A DNA stretch of 64,000 nt from Solirubrobacterales bacterium (GTDB lineage: Bacteria; Actinomycetota; Thermoleophilia; Solirubrobacterales; 70-9), in the NCBI GenBank assembly GCA_035502775.1, contig DATJUB010000043.1:747-64746 (forward strand). Direction: 5' to 3'. Both the position numbers and the translations under genes were made by a program. Under the pieces are notes generated by a model. That model saw only the letters and a program-made list of their open reading frames with translations, had not been told where the DNA came from and ran no database searches. Positions 37,008-45,545 of the stretch are shown here, piece by piece; position 1 is the first letter of the stretch, and the number at the start of each line of letters is the position of its first letter.

Positions 37008-38407
37008 CCACCGGACTTCGCAACCAGCAGACCCTGCTGATCCTCGGAGCCAGCGGGGATCTAACCGCGCGCCTGCTGCTTCCGGGCCTGGCCGCGCTGC
37101 TCTCCGCCCAGGACGAGGGCGATCTGCTGCTGGTCGGCGCCGGCATGGACGATTGGGACGACGTGACCTGGCGATCCACGGTCACCGAGTCGTTCGCATC
37201 CGAAGGCGCCACCGGCGCTCAGGTGGACAAGGTCGCCGCCGAGACGATCTACCGGCGGGCCGACGTCACCGACCCCGAGGACCTGCGCGGATTGCTCGCC
37301 GCATGCCGCGGCCAGATCACGATCTACTTCGCCCTGCCGCCGCCGGTCACGGTCAAGACCTGCAACGCGCTCACCGAACTGGACCTGCCGCTTGACATGC
37401 GGCTGGTCATGGAGAAGCCGTTCGGCACCGATGCCGGCAGCGCCACCGCACTCAACGTGCTGGTGACCGAGCTGGTGCCGGAGCAGCAGATCTACCGGGT
37501 CGATCATTTCCTCGGGCTATCGACCGTGCTCAACATCGTCGGACTGCGCTTCGCGAACCGGGTGCTGGAGCCGCTGTTCAGCTCGGAGCACGTCGAGAGC
37601 GTGGAGATCGTCTGGGACGAGGACCTGGGACTCGAGGGCCGGGCCGGCTACTACGACTGGGCCGGCGCGATGGTCGACATGATCCAGAGCCACCTGCTGC
37701 AGGTGGTCGCGCTGATGGCGATGGAAGCGCCGACCAGCATGAGCGCCCGTGACTTCCGCGACAGCACCGCGCAGGTGCTGCGCGCGACCAGGATCTGGAA
37801 CGACGACCCGGTCACATACAGCCGCCGGGCCCGGTACACGGCGGGCCGGATCGACGGACGGCAGCTGCCGTCGTACGCCGACGAGCCCGGGATCGATCCG
37901 GCCAGGAAGACCGAGACCTTCGCCGAGCTGGTGCTCGCGATCGACACCTGGCGCTGGTCGGGCGTGCCCTTCCGGGTGCGATCCGGCAAGGGCATCGCGG
38001 CCCCGCGCAAGGAGGCGATCGTCACCTTCAAACAGCCGCAATGGACCCCGATCGGCCTGACCGGCACCGACCGGCCCGACCAGCTCCGCATCGGTCTCGG
38101 CTTCGGCGCCGACCAGCTTCATCTGGATCTCAACATCAACGGTCCCGGAAACCCGCTCGAGCTCGATCCGGTCACCCTGGAGGCCGAATTCGGCGCCGGC
38201 GACCTCCAGGAGTACGGTCAGGTCCTGAGGAAGGTGCTCGAAGGGGACCCGCTGATCTCGGTCCGCGGTGACACCGCGGTCGAGTGCTGGCGGATCATCG
38301 AGCCGGTCCAGCGGGCCTGGAAGGCCGATCTGGTCCCGCTGACCGAGTACGCGGCCGGCAGCACCGGTCCCGGTGGCTGGCCGGACAGCGGCCTGCCGGA
38401 GGCCTGA
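37004..38407 (+). CDS. zwf: Glucose-6-phosphate dehydrogenase-like protein (divergent Zwf)
   Basis: Motifs seen: LILGASGDLTARLLLPGL, MEKPFG and YRVDHFLG. Note that RVDHFLGLS replaces the canonical RIDHYLGKE. The start overlaps the epimerase stop by 4 nt. Confidence 0.7.
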   Translation: MTTGLRNQQTLLILGASGDLTARLLLPGLAALLSAQDEGDLLLVGAGMDDWDDVTWRSTVTESFASEGATGAQVDKVAAETIYRRADVTDPEDLRGLLAACRGQITIYFALPPPVTVKTCNALTELDLPLDMRLVMEKPFGTDAGSATALNVLVTELVPEQQIYRVDHFLGLSTVLNIVGLRFANRVLEPLFSSEHVESVEIVWDEDLGLEGRAGYYDWAGAMVDMIQSHLLQVVALMAMEAPTSMSARDFRDSTAQVLRATRIWNDDPVTYSRRARYTAGRIDGRQLPSYADEPGIDPARKTETFAELVLAIDTWRWSGVPFRVRSGKGIAAPRKEAIVTFKQPQWTPIGLTGTDRPDQLRIGLGFGADQLHLDLNINGPGNPLELDPVTLEAEFGAGDLQEYGQVLRKVLEGDPLISVRGDTAVECWRIIEPVQRAWKADLVPLTEYAAGSTGPGGWPDSGLPEA

Positions 38408-39268
38408 TCAGGCGATCCTCGCGCCGCGCTCCCATTCGGCCAGCTCTTCCGGTGAGACATGGCCCGCGTACGGTCCGCGCCCCCGGACCGACGATGCCCC
38501 GCAGAAGGCACCGAAGGCGATCGCGGTCTCGATCGGGAAGCCGCGGCCGAGCCCGTAGGTGATCCCACCCGCGAAGGTGTCGCCCGCTCCGTAGGTGTCG
38601 ACCTTGGCGGCGCTGGGAGGGTTCGAGGTCCACTCGGTGATCTTCCCCTCGGCGGTCTCGAGCGTGCCGCCCCGGGCCCCGTCGGTCCGCACCACCCAGC
38701 GCGGCTCGGGATCGATCTCTCCCCTCACGTAGACCTCGCCGCGGTCGTTGGCGCTGGCGACGAGCACGTCGACCTGGACCCCGGCCTCGGCCAGGGCCGG
38801 GCCGGTGCGCACGCTGGCGACCACGTTGCGGGCGGCCCGGGCCGCGCGCACGGTGTCGGCGTTGCCCGCCGTGAGGTAGACCGCGTCGGCGTCCTTCAGC
38901 TCGTCCCAGGGCAGGGGGTCCTCGATCTGCGGACCGACCCTCTTCCCGATCGTGGTGATCGTGCGCTCACCGTCGGCATCGAGATAGACGAAGGCCCGCC
39001 GCTGCGCGGTTTCGCGGCGCGCGGCCTCGACCCGGAGTCCGCGCTCACGGAGCCCCGAGACGACCCGGTCGGCGCGGGCGTCGTCGCCGGTCGCGGTCAG
39101 GAAGAGGCAGCCGCCGCCGAGCCGCGCGATCTGGACCGCGGCGACCGCGGCGCCGCCGGCGGGAAGCTCGAAGTAGTCGGTGGCGTGGACGATGTCGCCC
39201 GGATCCGGAACCCGCTCGACGTGGGCGAACTCGGCCCATTCGACATGCCCCACGACAGCGGTCTTCAT
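38408..39268 (-). CDS. PfkB-family carbohydrate kinase
   Basis: The start at ATG 39268 gives MKTAVVGHVEW. The anion-hole/ATP motif is VDTYGAGDTFAGG. The upstream 95 codons of the ORF are shadow. Confidence 0.75.
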   Translation of the reverse strand: MKTAVVGHVEWAEFAHVERVPDPGDIVHATDYFELPAGGAAVAAVQIARLGGGCLFLTATGDDARADRVVSGLRERGLRVEAARRETAQRRAFVYLDADGERTITTIGKRVGPQIEDPLPWDELKDADAVYLTAGNADTVRAARAARNVVASVRTGPALAEAGVQVDVLVASANDRGEVYVRGEIDPEPRWVVRTDGARGGTLETAEGKITEWTSNPPSAAKVDTYGAGDTFAGGITYGLGRGFPIETAIAFGAFCGASSVRGRGPYAGHVSPEELAEWERGARIA

Positions 39269-39323
39269 CGGCCAGCCAGGAGTCGAATCATGCGAGCCAA
39301 GATAGACGATGCGCCAGCGCATA

Positions 39324-39366
39324 CCAATCCGGGTTTTGCCGAAATAGTCGGCAAAACCCCGATTGG
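39324..39366. repeat. REP-like palindromic element, copy 1
   Basis: The 43-nt sequence CCAATCCGGGTTTTGCCGAAATAGTCGGCAAAACCCCGATTGG forms a hairpin with one mismatch. Its 19-nt core TTGCCGAAATAGTCGGCAA is identical to that of the copy at 51288-51306, and both copies are followed by TTGGTTG. Confidence 0.6.
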
Positions 39367-39372
39367 TTGGGC

Positions 39373-40551
39373 TCAGAGCCCCATGCCCCGGCCGATCAGC
39401 TCCTTCATGATCTCGGTGGTGCCGCCATAGATCCGGGTGATGCGGGCATCGACCCAGGCATCGGAGATCGGGTACTCGTGGGTGTAGCCGTAGCCGCCGT
39501 GGAGCTGCAGGCATTGATCGGTGACCCGGCCGAGCAGCTCGGTGGTCCACCACTTCGCCATCGCGGCCTCCTCGATCGTCAGCTCACCGGCGACGTGCTT
39601 GGTGATCGACTGGTCGACGAAGGCCCGGCCGATCGTCAGCTCGGTCTTGATCTCCGCCATCACGAAACGCGAGTTCTGGAAGGAGCCGATCGGCTTGCCG
39701 AAGGCGGTCCTCTCCTTGACGTACTCGAGCGTGCGCTCGAAGGACGCCTCGGCCGCCGCGAGCGCGCCGACCGCGATGATCATGCGCTCCGGAACCAGTT
39801 TCTCCATCAGCTGGACGAAGCCGCTGCCCTCGGCGCCGAGCAGGTTTCCGGCCGGCACCCGTACGTCGTCGAAGAACAGCTCGGTCGTGTCGGAGGCGTG
39901 CTGGCCGAGCTTGTCGATCTGCGGACCCTTGGAGAACCCTTCGCTGTCGGCGTCGACCACGATCAGCGAGATCCCGGCGTGCCCGGCGTCGGGATCGGTC
40001 TTGGCGACGACGATCACCCGGTCGGCGTTGTGGCCGTTGGTGATGAAGGTCTTCTGGCCGCTGACGACGTACTCGTCTCCGTCGAGGATCGCCCGGGTCT
40101 GGACCGCGGCCAGGTCGGAGCCGGTGCCGGGCTCGGTCATCGCGACCGCGAGCACCGTGTCTCCGGCGGCCACGCCGGGGAGCCATCTCTCCTTCTGTTC
40201 GTCGGTCCCGCTGGTCAGCAGGTAGGGCAGGCAGATGTCCGTGGTCAGCATCGGCCCGCCGAAGGCCGCGCCGACACCCATCCGGATCGATTCCTCGGTC
40301 AGGACGACGTTGAAGCGCCAATCGTCGACCCCGGCGCCGCCGTACCGCTCGGGGATCGCCATGCCCATGAAGCCGTGGGCCGCCGCTTTCTTGAAGAGGT
40401 CGCGGGAGACGACCCCCGCTTGGTCCCATTCGTTGAAGTTCGGTGCGACCTCGGCGGCGAGGAACGAGCGGAAGCTCTCCCGGTAGTCCTCGTGCTCGTT
40501 CTCGAAGATCGCCCGGCGGGGCGACTGGGGCAGCGCCGCTCCGGGAGTCAC
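39373..40551 (-). CDS. Acyl-CoA dehydrogenase
   Basis: A 392-aa protein with the ACAD N/M/C layout. The C-terminal sequence is ...[39 protein letters not shown]. Confidence 0.9.
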   Translation of the reverse strand: MTPGAALPQSPRRAIFENEHEDYRESFRSFLAAEVAPNFNEWDQAGVVSRDLFKKAAAHGFMGMAIPERYGGAGVDDWRFNVVLTEESIRMGVGAAFGGPMLTTDICLPYLLTSGTDEQKERWLPGVAAGDTVLAVAMTEPGTGSDLAAVQTRAILDGDEYVVSGQKTFITNGHNADRVIVVAKTDPDAGHAGISLIVVDADSEGFSKGPQIDKLGQHASDTTELFFDDVRVPAGNLLGAEGSGFVQLMEKLVPERMIIAVGALAAAEASFERTLEYVKERTAFGKPIGSFQNSRFVMAEIKTELTIGRAFVDQSITKHVAGELTIEEAAMAKWWTTELLGRVTDQCLQLHGGYGYTHEYPISDAWVDARITRIYGGTTEIMKELIGRGMGL

Positions 40552-41738
40552 GAGGGCCGCCCGTAGACCGTGACCACGGCGGCGCCGCCGAGGCCGATGT
40601 TGTGCTGGAGCGCGACCTCGGCTCCCTCCACCTGGCGGGCATCGGCCCGGCCGCGAAGCTGCCAGGTGAGCTCGGAAGCCTGCGCCAGCCCGGTCGCACC
40701 CAGCGGATGCCCCTTCGAGATCAGGCCGCCCGACGGGTTGACCACCGGGCCTTCGCCGCCGAAGGTGGTCGCCTCGGCCTCGACCAATCTGTGGCCCTCG
40801 CCCTCCGCGGCCAGCCCGAGCGCCTCGTAGGTGATCAGCTCGTTGGCGCTGAAGCAGTCGTGAAGCTCGATCACGTCCACCTCGGAGATGTCGAGTCCCG
40901 CTTCCTCGAGGGCCCGCGAACCGGCCTCGCGGCTCATGTCGGCGCCGACCACGTTGATCGAGGACTTGCTCTCGAAGGTGCTGGCCATGTCGGTAACCAT
41001 CGCCTGGCCGACGATCTCGACGGCCCGGTCCCAGAGGTCGTGCCGGTCGACGAAACGCTCCGAGGCGACGATCGTCGCGGCACTGCCATCACTGGTCGGC
41101 GAACACTGCAGCTTGGTCAGCGGCGAGTAGATCTCCTTGGCCTCCTTGATCTCGTCGAGCGAGTACTCGGTCTGGAACTGGGCGTAGGGATTGTTGACCG
41201 AGTGCCGGTGGTTCTTCCAGCCGATCCAGGCGAAATGCTCGGCCTTCGATCCGTACTTCTCCATGTGTTCCCGTCCGGCGGCGCCGAACATCTGCGGCGC
41301 GGGCGGCGCGTCCTCCCACTCGCGCAGCTCGATCAGGGCCATCACGTGCTTGTCCATCGGGTTGGTGCGGTCGAGGAACTTGGCTCCGAGCGAACCCAGC
41401 TCCATCTTCTCGAAGCCGAGCGCGAGCGCGCACTCGGAAAGCCCGCCCTTGACCGACTGGCGGGCCAGGTACAGCGCGCTCGAACCGGTCGAGCAGTTGT
41501 TGTTCACGTTGACCACCGGGATGCCGGTGATTCCGAGGCCGTAGACGGCGCGCTGGCCGGCGGTCGAGTCGCCGTAGCAGTAGGCGGCGAAGGCCTGGTC
41601 GACGTCGTCGTATGAGATCCCAGCGTCAGCGATCGCCTTCTCGCCGGCCTCCTTGGCCCAGTCCGGGTAGTCGCCCTCTTTGGTTCCGGGCTTGTCGAAC
41701 TTGGTCATGCCGACGCCGATCACGAATGTGCGGTTCAT
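40548..41738 (-). CDS. Thiolase-like protein (SCP-x/nonspecific lipid-transfer-type thiolase)
   Basis: The protein has [18 protein letters not shown] and the active-site region [13 protein letters not shown] 4-nt overlap with the ACAD start indicates an operon. Confidence 0.8.
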   Translation of the reverse strand: MNRTFVIGVGMTKFDKPGTKEGDYPDWAKEAGEKAIADAGISYDDVDQAFAAYCYGDSTAGQRAVYGLGITGIPVVNVNNNCSTGSSALYLARQSVKGGLSECALALGFEKMELGSLGAKFLDRTNPMDKHVMALIELREWEDAPPAPQMFGAAGREHMEKYGSKAEHFAWIGWKNHRHSVNNPYAQFQTEYSLDEIKEAKEIYSPLTKLQCSPTSDGSAATIVASERFVDRHDLWDRAVEIVGQAMVTDMASTFESKSSINVVGADMSREAGSRALEEAGLDISEVDVIELHDCFSANELITYEALGLAAEGEGHRLVEAEATTFGGEGPVVNPSGGLISKGHPLGATGLAQASELTWQLRGRADARQVEGAEVALQHNIGLGGAAVVTVYGRPS

Positions 41739-41779
41739 TTCTCTTCCGTTCCACTTGACGTTTTCGAGACTAAATGGAT

Positions 41780-41795
41780 CAACTGTTCTGTTTCT
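41780..41795. promoter_or_regulatory. 16-nt motif CAACTGTTCTGTTTCT upstream of the thiolase operon (copy B)
   Basis: It matches 42419-42434 (CAACTGTTTTGTTTCT) at 15 of 16 positions. It lies 42 nt upstream of the thiolase ATG on the coding strand and contains the AAC-N-GTT mini-palindrome. Confidence 0.4.
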
Positions 41796-41806
41796 TTCCT
41801 AAAGGT

Positions 41807-42421
41807 TCAATCGAGCAGGAACTCGAGCAGGATCGCCCGGGTCTCCGGCCATGGATCCCGGCGCCGCCGGCCGCGCGGCTCGAAGTGCTCGGTCAGGGCG
41901 AGACCCCGGATCGTGGTCAGGGCCATCGAGAGGCGGCGCGAAGCGATGCCCTCGGGCAGGATCTCGGTGGAGAGCGACGCGATCTCGGCGGTCAGCCGCG
42001 CCTCGGCCGGCACCAGGCGGGCATAGAGATCGGGATCGTCCGCCGCCGCGACCCAAAGCTTCACGAACACATCGAAGGTCGGGCTGCTGAAGTCGTTCCA
42101 AATGATGTCGAGCAGTGCGCCCAGACGCTCGGACGGTTCACCGGGCAGATCCGCCGCGATCTCCCGCAGCTCGTCGACCCGCCGCTGGGCGGCCCACTCG
42201 ATCGCCGCACCGAGCAGATCCACCCGGTGGGGAAAGTGGTGGGTCTGCGCGCCGAGGGAGACTCCGGCGAGCTCACTCACCCGGCGCGAGGTGGTCGCCG
42301 CGAAGCCGACCTCGGCCAGGCTGTGCACGGTCGCGTCGAGCAGCTTGCCCCGGGTCTCGGCCCGGCGCTCTTCCTGGGTGCGGGTCGGCACGGTCGCCAC
42401 ACCGAGAACAATAGCGAACAA
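41807..42421 (-). CDS. TetR-family transcriptional regulator (likely regulator of the downstream thiolase/ACAD operon)
   Basis: The HTH reads TTSRRVSELAGVSLGAQTHHFPHRVDLL. The listed start is TTG 42421. GTG 42400 (VATVPTRTQEERR...) is an alternative that leaves the repeated motif outside the CDS. Confidence 0.8.
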   Translation of the reverse strand: MFAIVLGVATVPTRTQEERRAETRGKLLDATVHSLAEVGFAATTSRRVSELAGVSLGAQTHHFPHRVDLLGAAIEWAAQRRVDELREIAADLPGEPSERLGALLDIIWNDFSSPTFDVFVKLWVAAADDPDLYARLVPAEARLTAEIASLSTEILPEGIASRRLSMALTTIRGLALTEHFEPRGRRRRDPWPETRAILLEFLLD

Positions 42422-42434
42422 CTGTTTTGTTTCT
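42419..42434. promoter_or_regulatory. 16-nt motif CAACTGTTTTGTTTCT upstream of the TetR gene (copy A)
   Basis: See 41780-41795. It has the same orientation relative to the downstream minus-strand gene. Confidence 0.4.
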
Positions 42435-42458
42435 CAAAAACCAACCCCCAGAGACGCG

Positions 42459-42505
42459 CCCCGGCAACGATTTCTAATGACAATCATTAGAAATCGTTGC
42501 CGGGG
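42459..42505. repeat. Perfect 47-bp palindrome (22-nt arms, 3-nt centre)
   Basis: CCCCGGCAACGATTTCTAATGA-CAA-TCATTAGAAATCGTTGCCGGGG. The inner part is AT-rich. It lies in the divergent region between the TetR gene (-) and the P-loop gene (+). Confidence 0.7.
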
Positions 42506-42619
42506 CTGCTTTGGACCGGCGCATTCCTTGTCGTTACCGGCTACCGTCGTCGCCATGGTCGAAACTCAATCTCTCACCGGGCGCCAGGGCGGAATCCATG
42601 ACGGCCTGGTCCGGCCCAG

Positions 42620-43138
42620 ATGCTCGGCCTGATCGTCACCGGCCCGCCGGGTGCGGGCAAGAGCTCCACCGCCACCAAGTTCCACGACGAACTCGGAGAT
42701 GAGGGCATCGCGAACGCCCTCATCGAGATCGACGAGTTGGAGCGCAGCTATCCCGCGATCGGGCGGGAACGGTCGATTCACCATCTCGGTCAGCTCTGTG
42801 CCTCCTACCGTGAGCTGGAACCGGCGGTGCTGACCGTCACCGCGACGATCGAGGACGACGGGTACCTGAGTGACGTGATCACCGCGCTGGGCGCCGACGA
42901 AACGTTCGTGGTCCGCCTCGAGGCCGGCGACAGGGAACTCGAGAGGCGTATCCGGGAACGCGAACCGGAAGGATGGTCCGGACTGGACGAGCTGGTCGAG
43001 TCCTCGGCCCTCCTGGCCGCAACGATGCCCGGTCTGTCCCGAATCGATCTCGTTCTCGACACCGAGGCGCTGTCTCCCGACGAGGTCGTGGCGGACATCC
43101 GGGCCGCTTGGCCTCCGGCCGCCGGGGCCATACGATGA
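42620..43138 (+). CDS. P-loop NTPase (AAA/kinase-like, 172 aa)
   Basis: The Walker A motif is GPPGAGKSS near the N-terminus. The size and layout fit small nucleotide/antibiotic-kinase-like proteins, and I infer no specific function. Confidence 0.6.
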   Translation: MLGLIVTGPPGAGKSSTATKFHDELGDEGIANALIEIDELERSYPAIGRERSIHHLGQLCASYRELEPAVLTVTATIEDDGYLSDVITALGADETFVVRLEAGDRELERRIREREPEGWSGLDELVESSALLAATMPGLSRIDLVLDTEALSPDEVVADIRAAWPPAAGAIR

Positions 43139-43144
43139 TCGCGG

Positions 43145-43966
43145 ATGGGTCCCACTTCCCGACAGGACAAGGCCGCCTCATTCCTCGCCCTCCACGGCGG
43201 CGATAGCGCCTTCGTCCTGCCGAACGCCTGGGATCCCGGCAGCGCCCGGGTCCTGGAGGACGCCGGGTTCGAAGCGATCGCCACGACCAGCGCCGGGATC
43301 TCGTTCTCCGAAGGTCATCCCGACGACGGCAGCATCGGACGCGACGCCATGCTCGCCCGGATCGCCGCGATCACGGCCGCTGTGGACGTGCCGGTCACTG
43401 CCGACATCGAGTCCGGATACTCGGACGAAACGCCGGGAGTGGCGGAGACGATCCGCGGAGTGATCGCCGCCGGTGCGGTGGGCGCGAACCTGGAGGACGC
43501 CGACCGGAACGGCCTGTTCGAGGTCGGGCACGCCGCAGAACGAGTGTCGGCGGCCCGCACCGCCGCCGACCGGGAATGCCTGCCCTTCACTCTCAACGCC
43601 CGAATCGACAGCTTTCTGGCCGCGCACCCGGATCCGCTCGAAGAGGCGATCGCCCGCGCCGCCCGCTACGTCGACGCGGGTGCCGACTGTGTCTTCGTTC
43701 CGGGCGCGCTGGACGAGCGGATGATCGCCACGCTGGTCGCCGAGATCGACGCACCCCTCAACCTGGTGGCGGGTCTCGCCGGCGAGCCGCTGGACCTCGC
43801 GACCTACGACCGTCTCGGCGTGCGGAGGATCAGCATCGGCGGAAGCCTGGCGCGAGCCGGCCTCGGTCTGGTGAGGAAGGCGGCGGAACAGATGCGGGCC
43901 GGGAGCTTCGACTTCACGGCCGGCGCGATTCCCCACGCCGACCTCAACGAGCTGATGGGCTCCTGA
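43145..43966 (+). CDS. Isocitrate lyase/PEP mutase superfamily protein (2-methylisocitrate lyase-like)
   Basis: The sequence FLALHGGDSAFVLPNAWDPGSARVLEDAGFEAIATTSAGISFS and the DxE-type acidic patch (DIESGY) are present. Confidence 0.7.
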   Translation: MGPTSRQDKAASFLALHGGDSAFVLPNAWDPGSARVLEDAGFEAIATTSAGISFSEGHPDDGSIGRDAMLARIAAITAAVDVPVTADIESGYSDETPGVAETIRGVIAAGAVGANLEDADRNGLFEVGHAAERVSAARTAADRECLPFTLNARIDSFLAAHPDPLEEAIARAARYVDAGADCVFVPGALDERMIATLVAEIDAPLNLVAGLAGEPLDLATYDRLGVRRISIGGSLARAGLGLVRKAAEQMRAGSFDFTAGAIPHADLNELMGS

Positions 43967-43983
43967 GGCCGGCGGGTCCGGGC

Positions 43984-45453
43984 TCAGCCGACCGCCACCG
44001 TCTCGGTCTCGCCCGCCTGCGCCGCCTCGGCGTGTTCCTTGCTGTCCTTCGAGGAGATCAGCACCGCCGCGAGGATCGCTCCGGCCAGCGCGAAGAAGGC
44101 GCCGATCAGGAAGGCGTCCTGGAAGCCGGCCGTGAGTGCGGCCGCCTCGGTGGCCCCGGTCTTGAAGGCGTCGCTGGTCGAGGAGTTGGCGATCGAGGCG
44201 AGAATCGCCAGGCCGAGCGCGCCGCCGATCTGCTGCGAGGTGTTGATCAGGCCGGAGGCCAGCCCCGCCTCTTCCGGGATCGTGCCCGACATGGCGGCGA
44301 TCGTCACGGGGACGAAGGCCAGACCGAGTCCGACACCGGCGATCACCGAGGGGGCGAGCACGTCGGCCCAGTAGGAGCCGTCGACACTGATCTGGGTGAA
44401 CCAGAACAGGGCGACCGAGACGAGCAGCAGACCGGCGACCAGCACCGGCTTGAAGCCGATCTTCGTCACCAGCTGCCCCGCGACCCCGGCCGCGAGCACG
44501 ATCGCGATCGCCAGCGGCAGGTACGAGAATCCCGCCTCGAGCGCGTCCTGTCCCAGAACCTGCTGGAGGTAGAGGGTGATCAGGAAGAACATCGAGAAGA
44601 GCGACATGCCGGTGAGGACACCGACGATGTTCGCGCCGCGCAGGGTGCGGTTGCGGAAGATCGAGAACGGGACCAGCGGCTTGCGGGTGCGCATCTCGAT
44701 CACGACGAAGGCGGCGATCAGGACCAGCGCGATGACGCCGCGGATGATCGTCTCGGTCGAGGTCCAGCCGGCGTTGGTCGCGTCGACCAGGGTGTAGACC
44801 AGCAGGGCCAGCCCGGCCGTGATCGCGACCGCTCCCGGGATGTCGAGGGTGCGTTCCGACTCCTCCTCGGCCTTCGACTCGAGCAGCCTGATCGGTGCCT
44901 GCCACACGACGAAGGCGGCGATCGGCACGTTGACGAACAGGACCCATTCCCATCCGGCCCACTGGGTGAGGATGCCGCCGAGCAGCACTCCGGCCGCGCC
45001 GCCGGCTCCGGCGACCGCGCCCCAGATGCCGAGGGCCCGGTTTCGCTCCGATCCTTCCTTGAAGGTGGTGGTCACGATCGAGAGCGCCGCCGGCGAGGCG
45101 ATCGCCGCGCCGAGTCCCTGGATCGCACGGGCGATGATCAGCCATTCCTCGTTCTGCGCGAACCCGCCGGCGAGCGAGGCGGCGCCGAAGAGCGCCATGC
45201 CGGTCATGAACATCTTGCGGCGGCCGAAGAAGTCGGCCAGCCTGCCGCCCAGCAGGAGGAACCCGCCGAATACGAGCGTGTAGCTGTTGACCACCCAGGA
45301 CAGGCTGTCCTGATCGATGTCGAGCGCCTTGCCGATGGAGGGCAGCGCGACGTTGGTGATCGAGGCGTCGATCACCACCACGAACTGGGTCAGGGCGAGC
45401 AACATGAGCGCCAGGTTTCTGGCGCGAGGGGTGGAGAGATCGGGTCCGGACAA
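43984..45453 (-). CDS. MFS transporter, DHA2 (EmrB/QacA-like, 14 TM)
   Basis: A 489-aa protein with the motif GGRLADFFGRRKMF and multiple TM helices. It is divergent from a TetR gene. Confidence 0.8.
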   Translation of the reverse strand: MSGPDLSTPRARNLALMLLALTQFVVVIDASITNVALPSIGKALDIDQDSLSWVVNSYTLVFGGFLLLGGRLADFFGRRKMFMTGMALFGAASLAGGFAQNEEWLIIARAIQGLGAAIASPAALSIVTTTFKEGSERNRALGIWGAVAGAGGAAGVLLGGILTQWAGWEWVLFVNVPIAAFVVWQAPIRLLESKAEEESERTLDIPGAVAITAGLALLVYTLVDATNAGWTSTETIIRGVIALVLIAAFVVIEMRTRKPLVPFSIFRNRTLRGANIVGVLTGMSLFSMFFLITLYLQQVLGQDALEAGFSYLPLAIAIVLAAGVAGQLVTKIGFKPVLVAGLLLVSVALFWFTQISVDGSYWADVLAPSVIAGVGLGLAFVPVTIAAMSGTIPEEAGLASGLINTSQQIGGALGLAILASIANSSTSDAFKTGATEAAALTAGFQDAFLIGAFFALAGAILAAVLISSKDSKEHAEAAQAGETETVAVG

Positions 45454-45478
45454 GATTTTGCTCCTCGAAGTCTGAATC

Positions 45479-45534
45479 GGAACCGGAACTTCGGTTCCTC
45501 TTGATATCGTGACTATACGGAAGTAAGATTCCGT
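45479..45534. promoter_or_regulatory. Two inverted repeats sharing CGGAA/TTCCG half-sites (putative TetR operators)
   Basis: GGAACCG-gaactt-CGGTTCC lies at 45479-45498 and ACGGAA-gtaaga-TTCCGT at 45517-45534. Both sit in the 92-nt divergent region between the MFS pump and TetR genes. Confidence 0.45.
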
Positions 45535-45545
45535 TTGTCAAGTAG

